DNA of 64,000 nucleotides from Raillietiella orientalis (Eukaryota). Below are positions 1 through 13,603 of this stretch, piece by piece. The notes beneath the pieces were generated by a model, which was given only the letters and a program-made list of their open reading frames with translations, was not told the origin of the DNA and did not search any database. The position numbers and the translations under genes are program-made. Numbering within the stretch: the first letter of the stretch is position 1; every line of letters begins with the position of its first letter. Location of the stretch: positions 4,526,001 through 4,590,000 of the forward strand of contig JAYWIR010000002.1 of assembly GCA_036172245.1 (NCBI GenBank). The letters run 5' to 3'.

Positions 1-2031
1 CTTTGTGAAAAGAGATCTTCCGAAGGTCAGCCGTAATTCCCGTCGTGGAAGGAGCTCCCGTGAGAAAGAGTAGCAGGGTGCGGCCATGCATCAGCCTCGC
101 CGCTTCACGCATGCGTGCAGCGCGGCATTTCGCAACCGACTCCTTTGCAGAACCGTGGAAGGCTGAGACGAAAACCAGCCGCAATCCAAGGTGCATGGTG
201 CACCCTTGCCATCTTTGTTATACGATACCGGAGTCTTCATGAGGAGACGCACTCTCGGAGAAGCAGACCTGGCTTGGAAGAGTGTTCCTGAAAAGATGCA
301 AACGTAATGCACTGACTGGGAAACAGCCCTTGACGTTGCTAGCGCACGAGAGCCAAAGGAAAAAAAAATTCATTGATCAGTACCAGACAAAACGTTAGTG
401 AGATACTCTGGATCCAAGCAAAGAGAACCCAGCTTCACATCTTCTGGAGTATCGGGAATGTGAAACCTTGCCTGCGTGGCTTCGGTAGGGACAGCCGGCG
501 GCGCGAAAGCTGGGGAACCGAGAGCTGCAGGATTGGGTACGACTTCTCAAAGGTGGGTAGCCTCGATCTTGCAATTCCCCGAGCCGTATGCTGAATTTCG
601 GGGACACACTGCCATCCCGTCGCCAACGATACGGACAGATGCATGTTCACCCGAGAATGCACACAGGTGCAAACGAAGGAGAAAGAGAAGAGGAATGTGT
701 GAGAAAGTAAAAACAAACGGAGGGTCCGATCAATGGTGACTCAGCAGGATGGGAGGAAGCTTGCGATGCCCGAGGACAATTTCATGCAATTTCCTAAAAT
801 GCATCGGAACAGAAAAGTAGCCGGAATGAAGAAAAGATGGCCACAGCCGTCAGCAAGGCAATGGCATTCTGAGAACTCAGAGGAATGCCGTATCGTGTTT
901 TTACGTATGAGTGTGCATATGAAAGTAATCGCAGAGTCCACCGAGCAGCGCAAGAACTCACGAAAAATGGAACGAATGGCTCGTAGAAGCAAAGATTTCT
1001 TACGTTGCTAAACAATTACTGCAACGTTATTTGTCGATCTCTTAAAAAAAAAAATGCCGAAAAGAAAGAGGAAAGATTCGCTGTTCCGTTCTTGTTTCAT
1101 AGTGCCGTCGATCTCGTAAATATAAACAAAATAGTGGATAAGCGCCATACTGCCTGTCATCTTTGGTGAGAGATGGAAACTGATGCCATTCATCGCACTT
1201 CATTCTGTAACGTGCAGTGGAGTAAGCACTTCGCAAGCTCTTTAAGGAGCTACGAACCAGAAATGTCCCTGTATTTCACATGTAAGCTCACGAAAAAAAA
1301 AAAAAAGAAGAAGAAAGGTACTGGAATTTCACGAAGTGAAGCGCTATGAGAGATTTCAAGATGGCCAGCAAAACAGGATGTGTAGCGCCATTGACCCTAC
1401 ATTGTCCGAAAATGCTCGGAACCTGCCGAGTAACCGGCATGTAGGCCGGTACTCGGCAGGTTCTTAATCTTCCAAGAATGATTTTTTCAAGGTAATAATA
1501 GCAGAATGATGTTTACTTCCTCGAAAGCGATGGCTTCGCTAAGGTCATTCACGGACACAGCGATCTTGCAAAGTGCGACGTCGAGAACGAAAAATCATTC
1601 AGATCATTTCACGTAGCTCCACAGTGCGATGTAATCCCAGTTTCCGCCCAAGTGCCATTCATTCGCAAACAACCCACTTCCAACGCGATGCAATTTCGGG
1701 GATCATCTTGATTTGGTCCCGCAGATACAAGATTACATGCGTTTATGATGAGATCGGTCTTCAGGCTGCATTTCAGCCGGCCATCTTTCGGGATTCATTG
1801 ATGGATTCGGGGCTGATGATTTCGGAGAGGGAGGAACGCTGCTTATGTACCGAAAGCAAACTGGAAAACTCCCCTTTCCTTCCCACCATTCTTCCCATGT
1901 GTTGCGCATCTTCTTGCTTTCTACTTCATACATTTTTCTTGTTTCTGCTTTTTCGTTTGCTTGTGCAACCTCTTGAGGCGCATCCCACTCACTGCCTCAC
2001 AAATAAGTAATCGGTTATTCGGTGTTTCCAG

Positions 2032-5000
2032 TATCACTACTACCAACCTCTGTGGACTCTCGTCGGAGCTGGCCTCGTAGATTTTAAAAAGACTGTCCGT
2101 CCCATGAGAAACGTTGTGCCCAAGAAAGTCCGCTGGTTCAAAACTCATGTAACCGGCTTCGATCCAGAAAACAACTTGGTGTTTACCAAAGATGAGAACA
2201 CAATCAGCTACGAGTACCTGATCATCGCCCTGGGAATCGATCTGAAATATCAGCATGTGAGTTGCAATCAGCATTTTGTGTCCTCAATCCCCAGAATGGG
2301 TTATTTGATTTTATGCTGTAGATCAAGGGATTACCCGAAGCATTTGAGACTCCAGGGGTCTGCTCCAATTATTCTCCTCTTTATGTACACAAAACCTTAG
2401 AAGCATTGAAAAATTTTAAAGGAGGAGAAGCGATTTTCACGTACCCTGATTCTCCTATCAAGTGTCCTGGCGCTCCCCAAAAGATAATGTACTTGGCAGA
2501 TGATTACTTCAAGAAAGTAAGTTGGTTGTTATTCAACTGCAATCCGTCGAGTCACTTTTTTGTGCTCTGTTTTTTTTTTTGTTTTGTTTTGTTCTTGACC
2601 GAAGAGGTGCTCAAAGTCTTGTTTAGAATGAATGCAGAAAGCAATTTCCAAGTCTTGAATTGGTTCTCCCGTATGAAAGGCACAGATCTTGTACATCTGA
2701 TCGGCAAGTTTCCCGTTGCGCCCTTAACTAACAGAAAAATGCATTTGGAGTGCGCATTCAAGGCGATCGTTTATTCCAGAATATCAGAAGACTTCCCGAC
2801 TGGCGGAGGAGGCAATGCGTAGCTTCCTGAAGTTCAAGAAAGACCATACTGCCCCTGTCATTTTTCCTTCCATTCCTTCGGTTTGGTGGGATTCATCTCC
2901 ACAAGTCTGCTCAGTCACTGACGAGTTTCGCACCCCAATTTACGATAACCTGTACTCTGCAGCGTAAAGCTGGAAATGTGCGTTCGGGAAACATGCCAGT
3001 CCCGCAAGAGCACGTTGGGATGTGGCAATTAAAAGCGCTAACCGCGGTTTACCTATTGACCTGTACCGGGTTTGCACACAGTCCTATGATTCCGTTGTGA
3101 GACATCGGATTGCTTTAGCTACCACAGCTCTTATCGCTCGGAGAGCTGTCCGTTCTGTTCCCTTGTTCCAAGTTCCCCCAAGCGCTCACTCCTGCACTTC
3201 CTTCTCACCCTCCAAATCGCACGAATACCCCGTCCACTAGTGACGAGAGAGGAGACCAACATCCCGGACAGAGTTCGGGAAAGAAACTTTGGACAGTGGA
3301 TTCAGTTTCTTGCAGTTTCCTCGTACTTTCCCCGGTTTCCTTTAGAAGCGCGTGCCCACTCCTCACGACAAAGACTGGCCACAAAGGAAAGCTGGTTGAA
3401 GGCTGGACCACTCCTCCTTCCTGAAACGTACGAAGGCTTGGCAAGTGCAGCCACATACATCAACGTATCCGAGATTTTCCGCACGCTATGTAAATCCGAG
3501 CTAGAAGATAAGAAGGAAATGTGAACGCAGAGACTCATCTCCTGAGAGGAAGTCAGCGACCACTGGCTTACATAACTCTTTGGGATCTCTTCATCGCGTT
3601 CATGTGCCCAGGTTTCAATGCAAACTGCTTTCTGGAACCTCTACCAGGAGAATATCAACCGCGGAGCAAGGGCCTGCCTTGTTTCCACGTGATTCGTTGG
3701 GAAGGCCGGATACTGAATGGACGTTCAGCTGACGGGGCTTCTCTGTTTCTCCCCAAAAGAAGAGATCCGATCTATTCGGAATGCAAATGTGAAGAACCCA
3801 CGTGCGAAGGTCCTCAACTGTCCATTCGTTTCTGCGCCTGACCTGTATGGTGGAGAAGGTTCTGTTGCGCATCCGTCTTTTACTCTTCAGCATTTCCCTC
3901 AGGCGATTTTCAGCCCTGTCGTTCTCCCTCGGAAATTTTGTAAAGAGCACTTTGCACTTCTCTAGCCAGTGTAGATTGGGTGTCTCAGTAGAAGATGCCG
4001 TCTTCCCTTGTTCCGAAGCTTGCCTTCTTACCAGCACCGTCAGGAAACGCTTTCTTCTAGGTTTGGTCTTACTAGAATCGAGAGCTGCTTGCGCGATTCC
4101 TCTCTCCGTCTTTCGCGAAAGTTGCATGTGAAATTTTTGTTTTTCGGAATTTGGGAGGAATGAAAAAATAGAAACAAAAAAAGCAAAAAGTCGTTTCTCT
4201 CATGCTTTTTAGAAAGGTCTCACCGATTACCATATAAGGTATAACAGCTCCCTTTCAGTTATATTCGGTGTTCCGAAATATGCCAAGATTTTAGAAGAAA
4301 TAGTCAGCAGACGAAGGATTCAAGTGAACTACAGGATGAACCTGGTCGAAGTAGATCACGTGAATAAAGTCAGCAGGTTCAGGCGTCTCGATGGTGACAA
4401 CCAAGCAGAGGAAACGTTCATGGTAGGCACCCTAGCTCCCCCTCTCCCTCTGGTTCCTTTCACAGCTTACTCGCCCAGTATGACTTCATACATGTCGTCC
4501 CATCCATGGAACCTCGGGAGGCGCTCCTGAACCAACTGGATCTCGTGGACCCGTCGGGCTACCTCGACGTCAACATGTACACCTTGCAGCACAAAAGATA
4601 TCCTAATATATTCGGCATCGGTGACTGCACGAACTGTCCGACGTCGAAAACGGCCGCGGCAGTCGGTAATTGTTCTGCCTTGCCTCTCCCGGTCTCGTTG
4701 CTTAGCGGCAACCTGACAAAGTTCCGTTCGCCATAGGAAGCCTTCCACTCGATCCGATCGTGGTGGCAGCTGCACCTCGAGAAATGGTCTTTTGTTGGAC
4801 GCTTTTTCTGCCAACACGAGCCTTTGTGCACTCATTCGCTGATGCCCACTGAGCTCGGGCTGATGGCGGTGTTTTCGACTTTGTAAACTCAAGACGGAAC
4901 TGAAAGACGGTGACGGCTCCTTCTGCTGTGTGCTGTGTTGTACTGCGGGAGTGTTTGGGGGAGGGAGTGCAGGGGCCCACGGCGAGTCGGAAAGTGCGTA

Positions 5001-8000
5001 CTGGCTTCGGCATCTGCCGAAAGTCTTCCGTAGCGACTGCAGAACGTTCGCTTCTTCCACACTCCTCCCAGATGTCGGTTGAGATACACCTATTGTCTTC
5101 TGGTCGACAGCAATAGCTAATGTCTTTCGAGCTCGTGGCTAAGGTGCGGGCGCCGTTGCCGAAGATTCTAGATTCTGAGTAAAATGACGCATGAATTGGA
5201 AGCAAATCGTCTTGTTTGAGTAGAATGCGATGCTGCAAATCCTCCGAACTGCCGCATGATCTCGAGAAGCAACAGCGGTCTGTACGCATGCGAGCCAGAA
5301 CTCATCAGTCAGCAGCCGGGCAAAGGCTTCGGGAACTACGACAGGACATTCGTATCGCGGTCACGTGCCGGACGAGCGAACGGCGCGAGTCTGGACCATA
5401 CGCCCAGGGGAAAACGTAACCGTCTTTCCTGATTCGAGTGCGAGTCTTTCTTTCTATGCCTCGTGTCCTCTCATCTGTCGACCCTCAGTCACCTTCGTCT
5501 GTTGAACGCATATTGGCCGCATCGTTATGCGTGGGAAACTTCCGAAAAATCGTTTCCGAAATTCCAACTTCCGAAAAACTTTCCGTCTCGACCTTTTCTC
5601 TTTTTCGGCATCCTTGCTCTTTGAACGAATCAGTTCTTCCCTTTTTTTTTTTTGAATAGCTCGTTTTCCACCTTCCTCCTCTCGTGTCTTCTCGCGTTTC
5701 CCCTTGGTCTTCACGTTCCTCTTCTCACAGCAGTTCGAACCTAAGCGATTCCATGACTCTGGGAAACCATCTTTGATCACTAGGGAAACTCCGTTGAACG
5801 CGGCTTTTTCGAGCTGCATGCTCTGGTGCTCTGTCACTCGCAGCAACCCTCCTCCTCCTGCTTTGGGCTGCTTCGCTGCCCTGGCCGGTAAGAGCCTTCC
5901 ACCTTTCCACTGCTCCGCCTTCCGCCGCTGCGAATCCGATCTTGTCTTCTCGCCTTTGTATTCCGCCGGAAGACCTGCCGTTCTCTTCTCCTCCACTCTT
6001 CAGTTTCGCTTCTTCCCTTAGCGCCAGGATTCCTGGTCTCCCTATCGGATGCCGGCTTCCTTCGGGAACTTCGGAAAGCGTCGGCAGATGTCCCGGTCGC
6101 TTTTGGATTTGAACGGAATGTGTTTTTGCTTCAGCTATCAGTTAAGAGTAATAGTAGTAATAGCAGTAGAAGTAGTAGCAGCAGTAGTAGTAGCAGAAGC
6201 AGCAGCCGTAGTAGTAGTAGCTATTCAAAGTCGCAGTCGTTACTATTGCAGTGCAGAACAGCCAGAGTGTTTGCATATCGCTTCCTTCACATTTGCCGTG
6301 TTCCGTGTTGCGTCACCGGTCACACGCAATTCAGCGTTTCCGTCTCTTCCATCATAACACGCGCTTACGATGCTGCATGCTGCTTGCCTTACGAGCGTAC
6401 GATGTGTACGGAGGGGAAATACAAAGCGAGACGCCTGGTCTCGATCGATGGGAGTCGATCTCGGCCTTTTTGCATTTTTCCATCCGCGGAGATGAGGGTG
6501 CGGCTGCAACTGGCCTGTTTTCCGATCAACTGATGCTGGAACATCATCCTTCGAAACTGATCTTGCTGTTTCTGTTTTCAGCCGCTCAAATGGGGATAGT
6601 GAAATCCAACTTGTGCGCCATTATGAAGAGCAAAGGATCCTTGAAGCATTACAATGGATACACTTCTTGCCCACTTGTTACGGGTAAATCATTTTTGTGT
6701 TGCTCCAATCATCTCTTTGCACGCGCTCCTCCCCCGTTTCTCAGCAACAAGCGGTTTCTCGGACTCCCTTCTGCTCCGGCGTTTTTCCCGCAGCCGAGCG
6801 GATCGATTTGTCTGAAGCTGGGGCGTTTCCTTTCCCGAGATCTCCTTGGACCGATCTGCTCTGTGAGCGGTCCCGGAAGCCCCGAGCGATTTCGAGGGCA
6901 GATTCGCGAGAGTTTGCCGCTTCCCGCTCTTCTCTTCCTCGGTCTCTCAAGCTGAGCTCCGAGACTGCACGGGACAATTTTCTCCGAATGTTTGGTCGGC
7001 CTGCGACGAGCACGTCGAGTCGTCCGCAGCTCTTTCCGCGCCTGCATCCAGCAACCCGGGGCCAGCTCCCCTTGGCAGCTGCGTTCTCCTTCGTCCTATC
7101 ATCCGCTGCCTCCAGCAGTTGGCAACGGAGTTTGGGATGGCGGTGCAAATTTCCCCTCGCTGCAAACTCTAGCTCCGTGAGCAGAGCCCGAAGGTAAGGT
7201 CGCCGTGGGTGTCGTCGTGAAACTCCGCTCCCCCGAGCGCACCAGCACCCGAACGAAAGACGGCCGGTTCCAGTACTTCATTGTCGGTTCGTGGACACAC
7301 GCTTGCCATCCGGAACTTCATCTGGTCAGCCAAGAGCATCCGTTTCTTGTCGTCCGTTTGCTTTCCTTGGAAGCGCATGAGTCTTGGCCTAGAGGAGTCA
7401 TCAGCGGGTCGACTTCCGCGCTCAGAAGCCGTTCTCGGAAGGCGCGGCTTCTGAGCGCTTCTTCGACCGGAACTCGCCTTACAGAGTGAGCTCTTTCAAC
7501 TCCTTCCGCTTTCGAAACTTCTCGTCCCAGCATCCGTAGTCCAGGAGCCTTCACGGCATCAGCTTTTCCGCTCTTCCTTCCACCTTCCGTTCTGGAAAAT
7601 TCGGCTGTTCCTCGCAAGGGAACCGCCTGCCCTCGGACACTCCTTGATCCCTTCGCAACGAAGCTCGCCTGTGACCATCCTGGAATCTCGAGCGACTTCG
7701 AAAGAGCCCGGGTAGGGCCCAATCCTTATGCGAGCCTTACTCGGAACTCTGGGGACGGAAGCGTGGTGTCTTGCCTCTTCCGTCTCCCGCCCTCCGCGGA
7801 GGACTTTCGATTGGACGGGAGGACGGCCGGTTGCACAGGGCGTTCGGGAACTCCCTGCCCAGGAGGAGTTGGACGGCTGTATCCAAAAGCTGCGATGAAC
7901 CTCTTTCCGGGAGCCGCCGAAAGTGGCTCGCGCGTGCGCGCGGGTGGGCGCAAAGAAGGGTGCACCGCCCGCGAAATCGAGCGACTCGGGAGAAAAAAAC

Positions 8001-8936
8001 GACACGCGTCCGACACCCGCGTCTTTCGTTTTGTCAATCGCTAGCGATCTCTCTGTGCCCCTGCTGTGGAGGAGCAAAGCTGCCGCCACTGCCTCCCTCC
8101 CTCCAACCTTTCCCGCTTTCACCGCTCCACCGACAAGGTTGCTGGACCAAAGATGCTGCTTGCCATGGATTCGCTGGACCTCTGCGGATTCTATCGGATC
8201 TTCCCGACTGCCTTGTCTCCCCGATTCCATGAATCCTAAACGAAGGCGTTTCTTTCCTATTCTGCCGTCCCTCTCGTCTCGAAGTCTCTGCTGAGCTTCT
8301 GTGAGAGTTCCATCCTCATCTCGCTCCTGCGGAGCCTCGGAGCAGTCCAGAAGAGAGGAAGCTGCGCAACTTCCCTCTGCCCACTCGTCCGTCCCTCGAG
8401 TCACGCGTGCACGGGAAAAAATCTGCGGGAGGACTTTCCCCGAGTGTCTGCCTGCGCGATGGAGTTCGCGCACCGGAGGACCTGGCAGAGAAGGGTAGGG
8501 GGTGGGGGGTGGGGGGTTCTCGCTCCGATCCCCCGTTCCCGCATGCCAGGTCCTCGCCGATGCCGGTTGCAGCCGCGGCTGCACGCTGCTGAGACGCGTG
8601 TTCCAGCGAGGGGTCACGGGCACACACACACCCACACACGCCATGCTCGAACGTGCCTCCCTGCCCTTCAGGATTCAAACGCTGTGTGCTGGCCGAGTTC
8701 GACTACGAGAAGAAGCCCGTGGAGACGCTCCCGTTCGACCAGCGGCGGGAGAATCGCCTGGCGTATTTCGTGAAGAAGAGCGTCATCCCCTTCATCTACT
8801 GGAACCTGATGCTGAGGTAGGCATCCTTCTCCGAGAAAGAGGGAACGGCACGAAAGATCGGTCCTTTTCTCTTTTCAGGGGATACTGGGAGGGACCTTCC
8901 AGAATCAGGAGAATCCTGAGATTCGGGAGACCCTGA
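2032..8936 (+). CDS. SQOR: Sulfide:quinone oxidoreductase, mitochondrial (5'-partial). Exons 2032-2256, 2322-2516, 4213-4422, 4479-4665, 6582-6683, 8672-8816, 8879-8936
   Basis: The GT-AG exons join in frame to 373 aa. Recognisable SQOR segments: HYYQPLWTLVGAG, YEYLIIALGI, KCPGAPQKIMYL (catalytic Cys), [40 protein letters not shown] (second catalytic Cys), LAEFDYEKKPVETLPFDQ, YWNLMLRGYWEGP. Stop TGA at 8934-8936. The N-terminal GxGxxG exon was not found in 1-2031. Confidence 0.95.
3100..3900 (-). mobile_element. Decayed non-LTR retrotransposon RT fragment inside a SQOR intron
   Basis: Minus-strand peptides GNKAGPCSAVDI (like KAPGxDG), SYVSGRRSG (like AYVPGRS) and SSLVDGVFVRF occur in RT order, with stops and frameshifts. 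Boundaries are approximate. Confidence 0.35.
6147..6221. repeat. Imperfect (AGT/AGC)n trinucleotide microsatellite
   Basis: agtaatagtagtaatagcagtagaagtagtagcagcagtagtagtagcag..., intronic in SQOR. Confidence 0.85.
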
Positions 8937-9723
8937 AGAGCGTTCCCACGCTCCGTTTTCCACTTCCTGCTGTGCTTGCTGATTTGTTTGAAAGGCGTCT
9001 CCAGAGCTCAGCATCCTCGGGTCAGCTCGCCGCCGCCGCCACGCGCTGTCCATCGAGCGCCAGACCTAGCTAGAAGACAACAGGACTCCCAGGAATATCC
9101 GTAGAGACTTTGGGAACACGGGTTTGTGTTCCTGTGACTGGTGGGCGGCTCGAAACATGCAGCGCCCACGTTGCCGGTCGCTCCACGCATCCGCTCAGAG
9201 TTTCGAGAGCGAGGAATGTGACCGGGCGTGCTTCTTAGGTTCTGCTCTTAGCGCGGCCAGGAGTGCAATGGAGCTCTCATCTTTTCACTATCATCACCGC
9301 ACTGTTCATTGCTTTGTGGAGAGACGCCTGATTATATGCTTTGCATTCATAACTCATGATGAATGTTTATGGGAAGGGGGGAGGAGGGAGAAAGGAGGGG
9401 AAGGAAAATAGAATCCCTGACTCGCCCACACTCTTTCTAATACACCAGCGCGCGCATGAGAGAAGAAAAAGCTCCACCGTACGTCTTCAGGCACGAAGGC
9501 TCGAATTAAGTAATGAAAATAATGATTCCAATTGAATTTCTGCACCAGAGTCCCACGTTCCCAGACGAGGGATTCGGACGGAATTGGACAGTCTGCAAGG
9601 CAGGGCTCACCGCAGCAGATCCAGAATGCTGCATCAGATCCCGGAGATGAAGCGAAGCTTTCAGATTCGATCTTCGTGCCAGTAGCTGCGTTGCTGCTGC
9701 TGCTTTCGAGCTGATAGGAACAG

Positions 9724-10914
9724 CTTTTCTTCCAAAAAATCACATTGCAAACACTTGAAAAACACAACACGAACTGAATGGCTCTGCTGTGTCTCTTTCT
9801 TTGGCTAGCAGACCGTTTAAACTTCATGAGCTAAGCGAGAGGCTCTTTTCCTCTACAGCTATTCCTCCCACCAATAGTACCATCCTCCAGATGACGCATC
9901 AATCTCTGCAGATGTCCTCGGCTTACCGTCTAGAAACATCTGGAGGATGTCCTAGATGGTGCGTCGGGTAATCGAGTAGGTATGCCTACCGTACTGGGTA
10001 CATGAGGCCACCATCAAGTGCCTCATTGTATCCGCATACCGCCTCGGGATAATTAACTCCCAAACTACTGCATCGTTGCGAGGGTCTTACGATCCTAATG
10101 CACCTACGATGAATGCACGTGCTTCAGCCTTTTTTCGTGAGCAGCAAGGCGATCCCCTGACACCTTTTCTCCACTCTGGCGTGACCAAGTGCCTCTTCCG
10201 TGTTATCAAAAGGACAGGAGACTTCAAGGGCGACCGTTCTATTCGCCTTCTGCAGCACCAGATCCGGGTCTGAGGCTGGAGTCTCCCTCTCTCTCTCTCT
10301 CCCCCCCCCCCCTCAGGCACAGTCTTGCTCGCCGGCACCAACTTCCATCCTGCAGTATCCTTCACCGCTGCCGCTTCTATTATGGCATCACGCCGAGCTG
10401 TGTCTAGGAGAGGATGCCCCATGCAGTGATTCGAAATTCAAACTCTCGTCCCAAGGTACACGGCTCCGGCATGGTCTTTCTCCCCGGGGCCTCCTAGCAC
10501 GCCCCGAATCGGAAGCAGGTTTGGTCTTGCCGCATGGATGAACCGGAAGTCGGCGAAGCGAAGGCTCTCTCCACTGGTTGGAAAGTAACTGCACGAACGA
10601 TGAAGTCCTGCACGTTGTATGGCCTTTCCTTGATCCGGGTGTTCGTTGATCATCTGCAGCCATGAGCTTCCTCTTCGTTCGTTACGCAGTGCCGCGGCAA
10701 ACTTCCTCCTCCTCGTTGCTGCATCGAACGACAGGTCTCCAGCTGGAATCCTGGTTGGAATCCTGAAGCTCCAGATTGCCGACATGAGATAGGAGGCTTG
10801 TCTTTCCCTGGCCATGCTGCTTTCGACCACGTACACCTGCGTTCGAAGCGAGGATCTCCGTGGTGCCCACGAGCGTGACCCGAGGTCGTGAGTCAGCTGA
10901 CGTGCATTTAGCAC
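9724..10914 (-). mobile_element. 5'-truncated, decayed R2-group non-LTR retrotransposon with a restriction-like endonuclease, NeSL/Utopia clade
   Basis: Minus-strand peptides in the expected order: PDQGKA...RFADFRFIHAARPNLLPIRG, then a zinc-knuckle remnant and ARRDAII, then PDLVLQKANRTVALEVSCPFDN (PD-(D/E)xK core), then AFIVGALGS*DPRND. Frameshifts and stops are present. Confidence 0.8.
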
Positions 10915-12717
10915 TTACTTTCGCCTCTGCTTACTTTGTTAGAACTTGAAATTCTGTGAACATACAACGTGTACATCTAAAGAAGGCGACTCTCGTCCAT
11001 AGAGGGAATGCAAACGAATGCAACAGCTCCTGTACGTTTACCGGAGCTGTACAAAATTACATAAACGATCTTGTAAGTCGAGCACTACATGTGATTAAAG
11101 TAGACTTCGAATAGTAGCCGTTTCCAGCTCAAACCACATCCTCTACGGATGCCCTGACGAACACCTCAGAAGTTCTGCATAGAATGGTGACGGTGGAAGA
11201 GATGTTCCCTTATTCTTGTCATACAAACGATTTTAACATACAGAAGTGTCGCGTAATACTAAATTGCGCAGCATATTGATGTGCAGATAATAATATTGGT
11301 TGCGCCCAATGAAGAGCGGTGACACAAACCAAAATAGCGACGAAAAACCTTGCAATCCCTTAGAGGCAGCATCAAGGAAGTCCACCGTCTTCTGTTCCCC
11401 TTATTTATGCAATGGTCTTTCTCCTGCATTTTACACATTTTCTTCCCTCCCGCGTTTTCTTTGCTGTTGGTTCCTTATAGTGGGGGCCACAGGTTTTTTT
11501 TTTTTCTTTCCATGTGAATAACTACTATGTCTTCAGCGTTTGGTGAGGAGACACCGTCATGCAAAGAGCTTCTATTGGCGACGCGCTTTTTAAAAGTTAA
11601 ATCTTGAACGTGTGCATTCCTCCTGAGACCAGGAATCCCCTAGGTAATGTGCCTTGGAGCTCTGAGGGTTTCTCTCAGTTTGTTTCAAGACAAATCACCT
11701 CCTCTAACATTTGAGCATTTTCTCAAGGCGTCTTTAGTTGAGGAGAGAGAAAGGGTGTTCGACAGCAAGTGACGAGGGTGCAGGATCCGTCTCATGAGAA
11801 GGACTAGATTAGCGCTAGCCTCCTCTGCTAGGGGTGCGGACCACACTGCTAGTGTTCCCTTTCAGAGAGCGCTCTGATTATCACAGCTTCGGAAGCTGTG
11901 CTTTCTGTATCTGTGATTACCAGCGTGAATCGCCAAGCTCGCTTTAAATCTCGTCTTCGGAATGCGTTCCAGAGCGCTGCTCTCGGAAACCGGAAAGTCT
12001 TTCCCAGCAGCACCGGCCGGCAGTCGAACTGGGTGTGGTGCTCATGGTGTTCACTCGGAACGTGAGTTTTGCATTGGTCGGTTGGTGAGCAGCAGTTCAT
12101 TTGGGTCCTGCATGCGAGAAGCAGCATGTGCGGGATAACAGGATGCCTTTCCTGGAGAGCGCATGTCCTTCAGAAATCTGATTTCTCCCCAGGTTCTCGT
12201 GGACATCTCTTCCGGTTCTGTTTCAGCCTCGTTCTGAGAGCAGATTTTTTTCTTCCCCCGGTACAGAAACCCAGGACCCTGGACGTGCTCGCCCTTGGAT
12301 TCCGAATAGAAATTTGGATTCGTTGACAGCTTTGAGGATTTCTTTCTCTTCATGTGCCTCTGCTTTTGCCTTTGGAGGAGGTTTTGGTTTCCATCTAAGG
12401 TTGTAAATGGTGGCTGTTCGACTTTGGTGTCCTGGAGATCAATTGAAATTCAGCGCAGCAGTTGCGGTTTCTGCTCCTGTGTCTACTGAATTTAAATCAA
12501 AAGCTCCGCTTCCTTCTTTAGCCGGTCGAGAGAAAATAACACGCAAGATTCCGTCTCCCTTGGCAACGTTTACATTTATATTTTATCCCATTTCAGTCTG
12601 CGTGGCAAACGTAACTGTTGCCTGTTGGTGTGTCCTCCGAAAGGACTTCACATCTCACATTGAAGGATGAACAGTTCCAGAAAAAGGAGCCCCCGGAAAC
12701 GGGCAAATGTCATAGGC

Positions 12718-13098
12718 CAGTGGTGGAGAGTCTGAGGCACGCATGCCAGTCTACTACTGGCACGTGCGAAAATTTTGCTGGCGCATCAATAAGTAAAAAA
12801 AAAAAAAAAAAAAAATCACAAAAACAATTTTTACTTAGTCAGTTGGCATCAAAAATACAACAACAAAATTCCCATTAATTATTAAAAGATGTACGTCAAG
12901 TTCTGAATCTTTATGAAATTCTTACTTTGGATTACTTTGTCTTAACTTTTAAATTATTTCAATAAAATTCTGCAATAATCAACCTTCTGCTTTTTGTTTT
13001 TGTTTTCTCTCGTTAAAAACACCCGGGCACTTCAGCATCCTGATAACTATTATTTGTACATTTTTATTGCGCCCGTACAAAGAGGTTCGCCACCACTG
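12718..13098. mobile_element. Non-autonomous hAT (Buster/Charlie-type) MITE, 381 bp
   Basis: Left TIR CAGTGGTGGAGAGTCT; right TIR (reverse complement) CAGTGGTGGCGAACCT. 8-bp TSD TCATAGGC (12710-12717) / TCGTAGGC (13099-13106) with central TA. Subterminal GGCACG hairpin. Confidence 0.85.
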
Positions 13099-13603
13099 TC
13101 GTAGGCGAACTGGGTTTCTTCCCGTGCATGCAGCAACACCACAAAAAACACGGAAAGAAATTTTTTGAGGTGTTCGATGCAGGGCTGCCATGATGACTAT
13201 GGATCACGTGCTGTTTTGCACATCGGAAGCACATCCTGTGATGCTAGATGCACAGGGCGATCGGAGAAAAGAACTGTGCCGTGTCTTGGGTTTCCCCACG
13301 CATTGCAAGTCAATGGGTTCGCAGGTGACCTGCACTTTCGGAGTGACGTCGAGACAACAAAATGTTTATTTTCCAGAGCAAGATCAGGGCGTGTGGTTTG
13401 ATTATCTACCAAGAGCAGCACGTATGCGTGATCCAAAGAAATGCCTCTAAATTCTTTATCTTATAGCGAGATCCCAATTCTTTGTTAGCCATGGAGTTTT
13501 CGATCAGGCAAATTGGTTTTCAACCGGATATCCACTAAGCTCAGAGTGGAAAAAATATGTATCCATGCCTAAAACACAACCATTATCCTGACTGATCGCT
13601 AAC

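Noticed and set aside
240-560. LHIFWSIGNVKP, resembling a LINE zinc-knuckle end
   Set aside because: A single weak motif with the cysteines missing.
7559-8644. 361-aa minus-strand ORF inside a SQOR intron
   Set aside because: GC-rich and Arg/Gly/Ser-biased with no recognisable motif. Long ORFs arise by chance at this GC content; probably decayed repeat.
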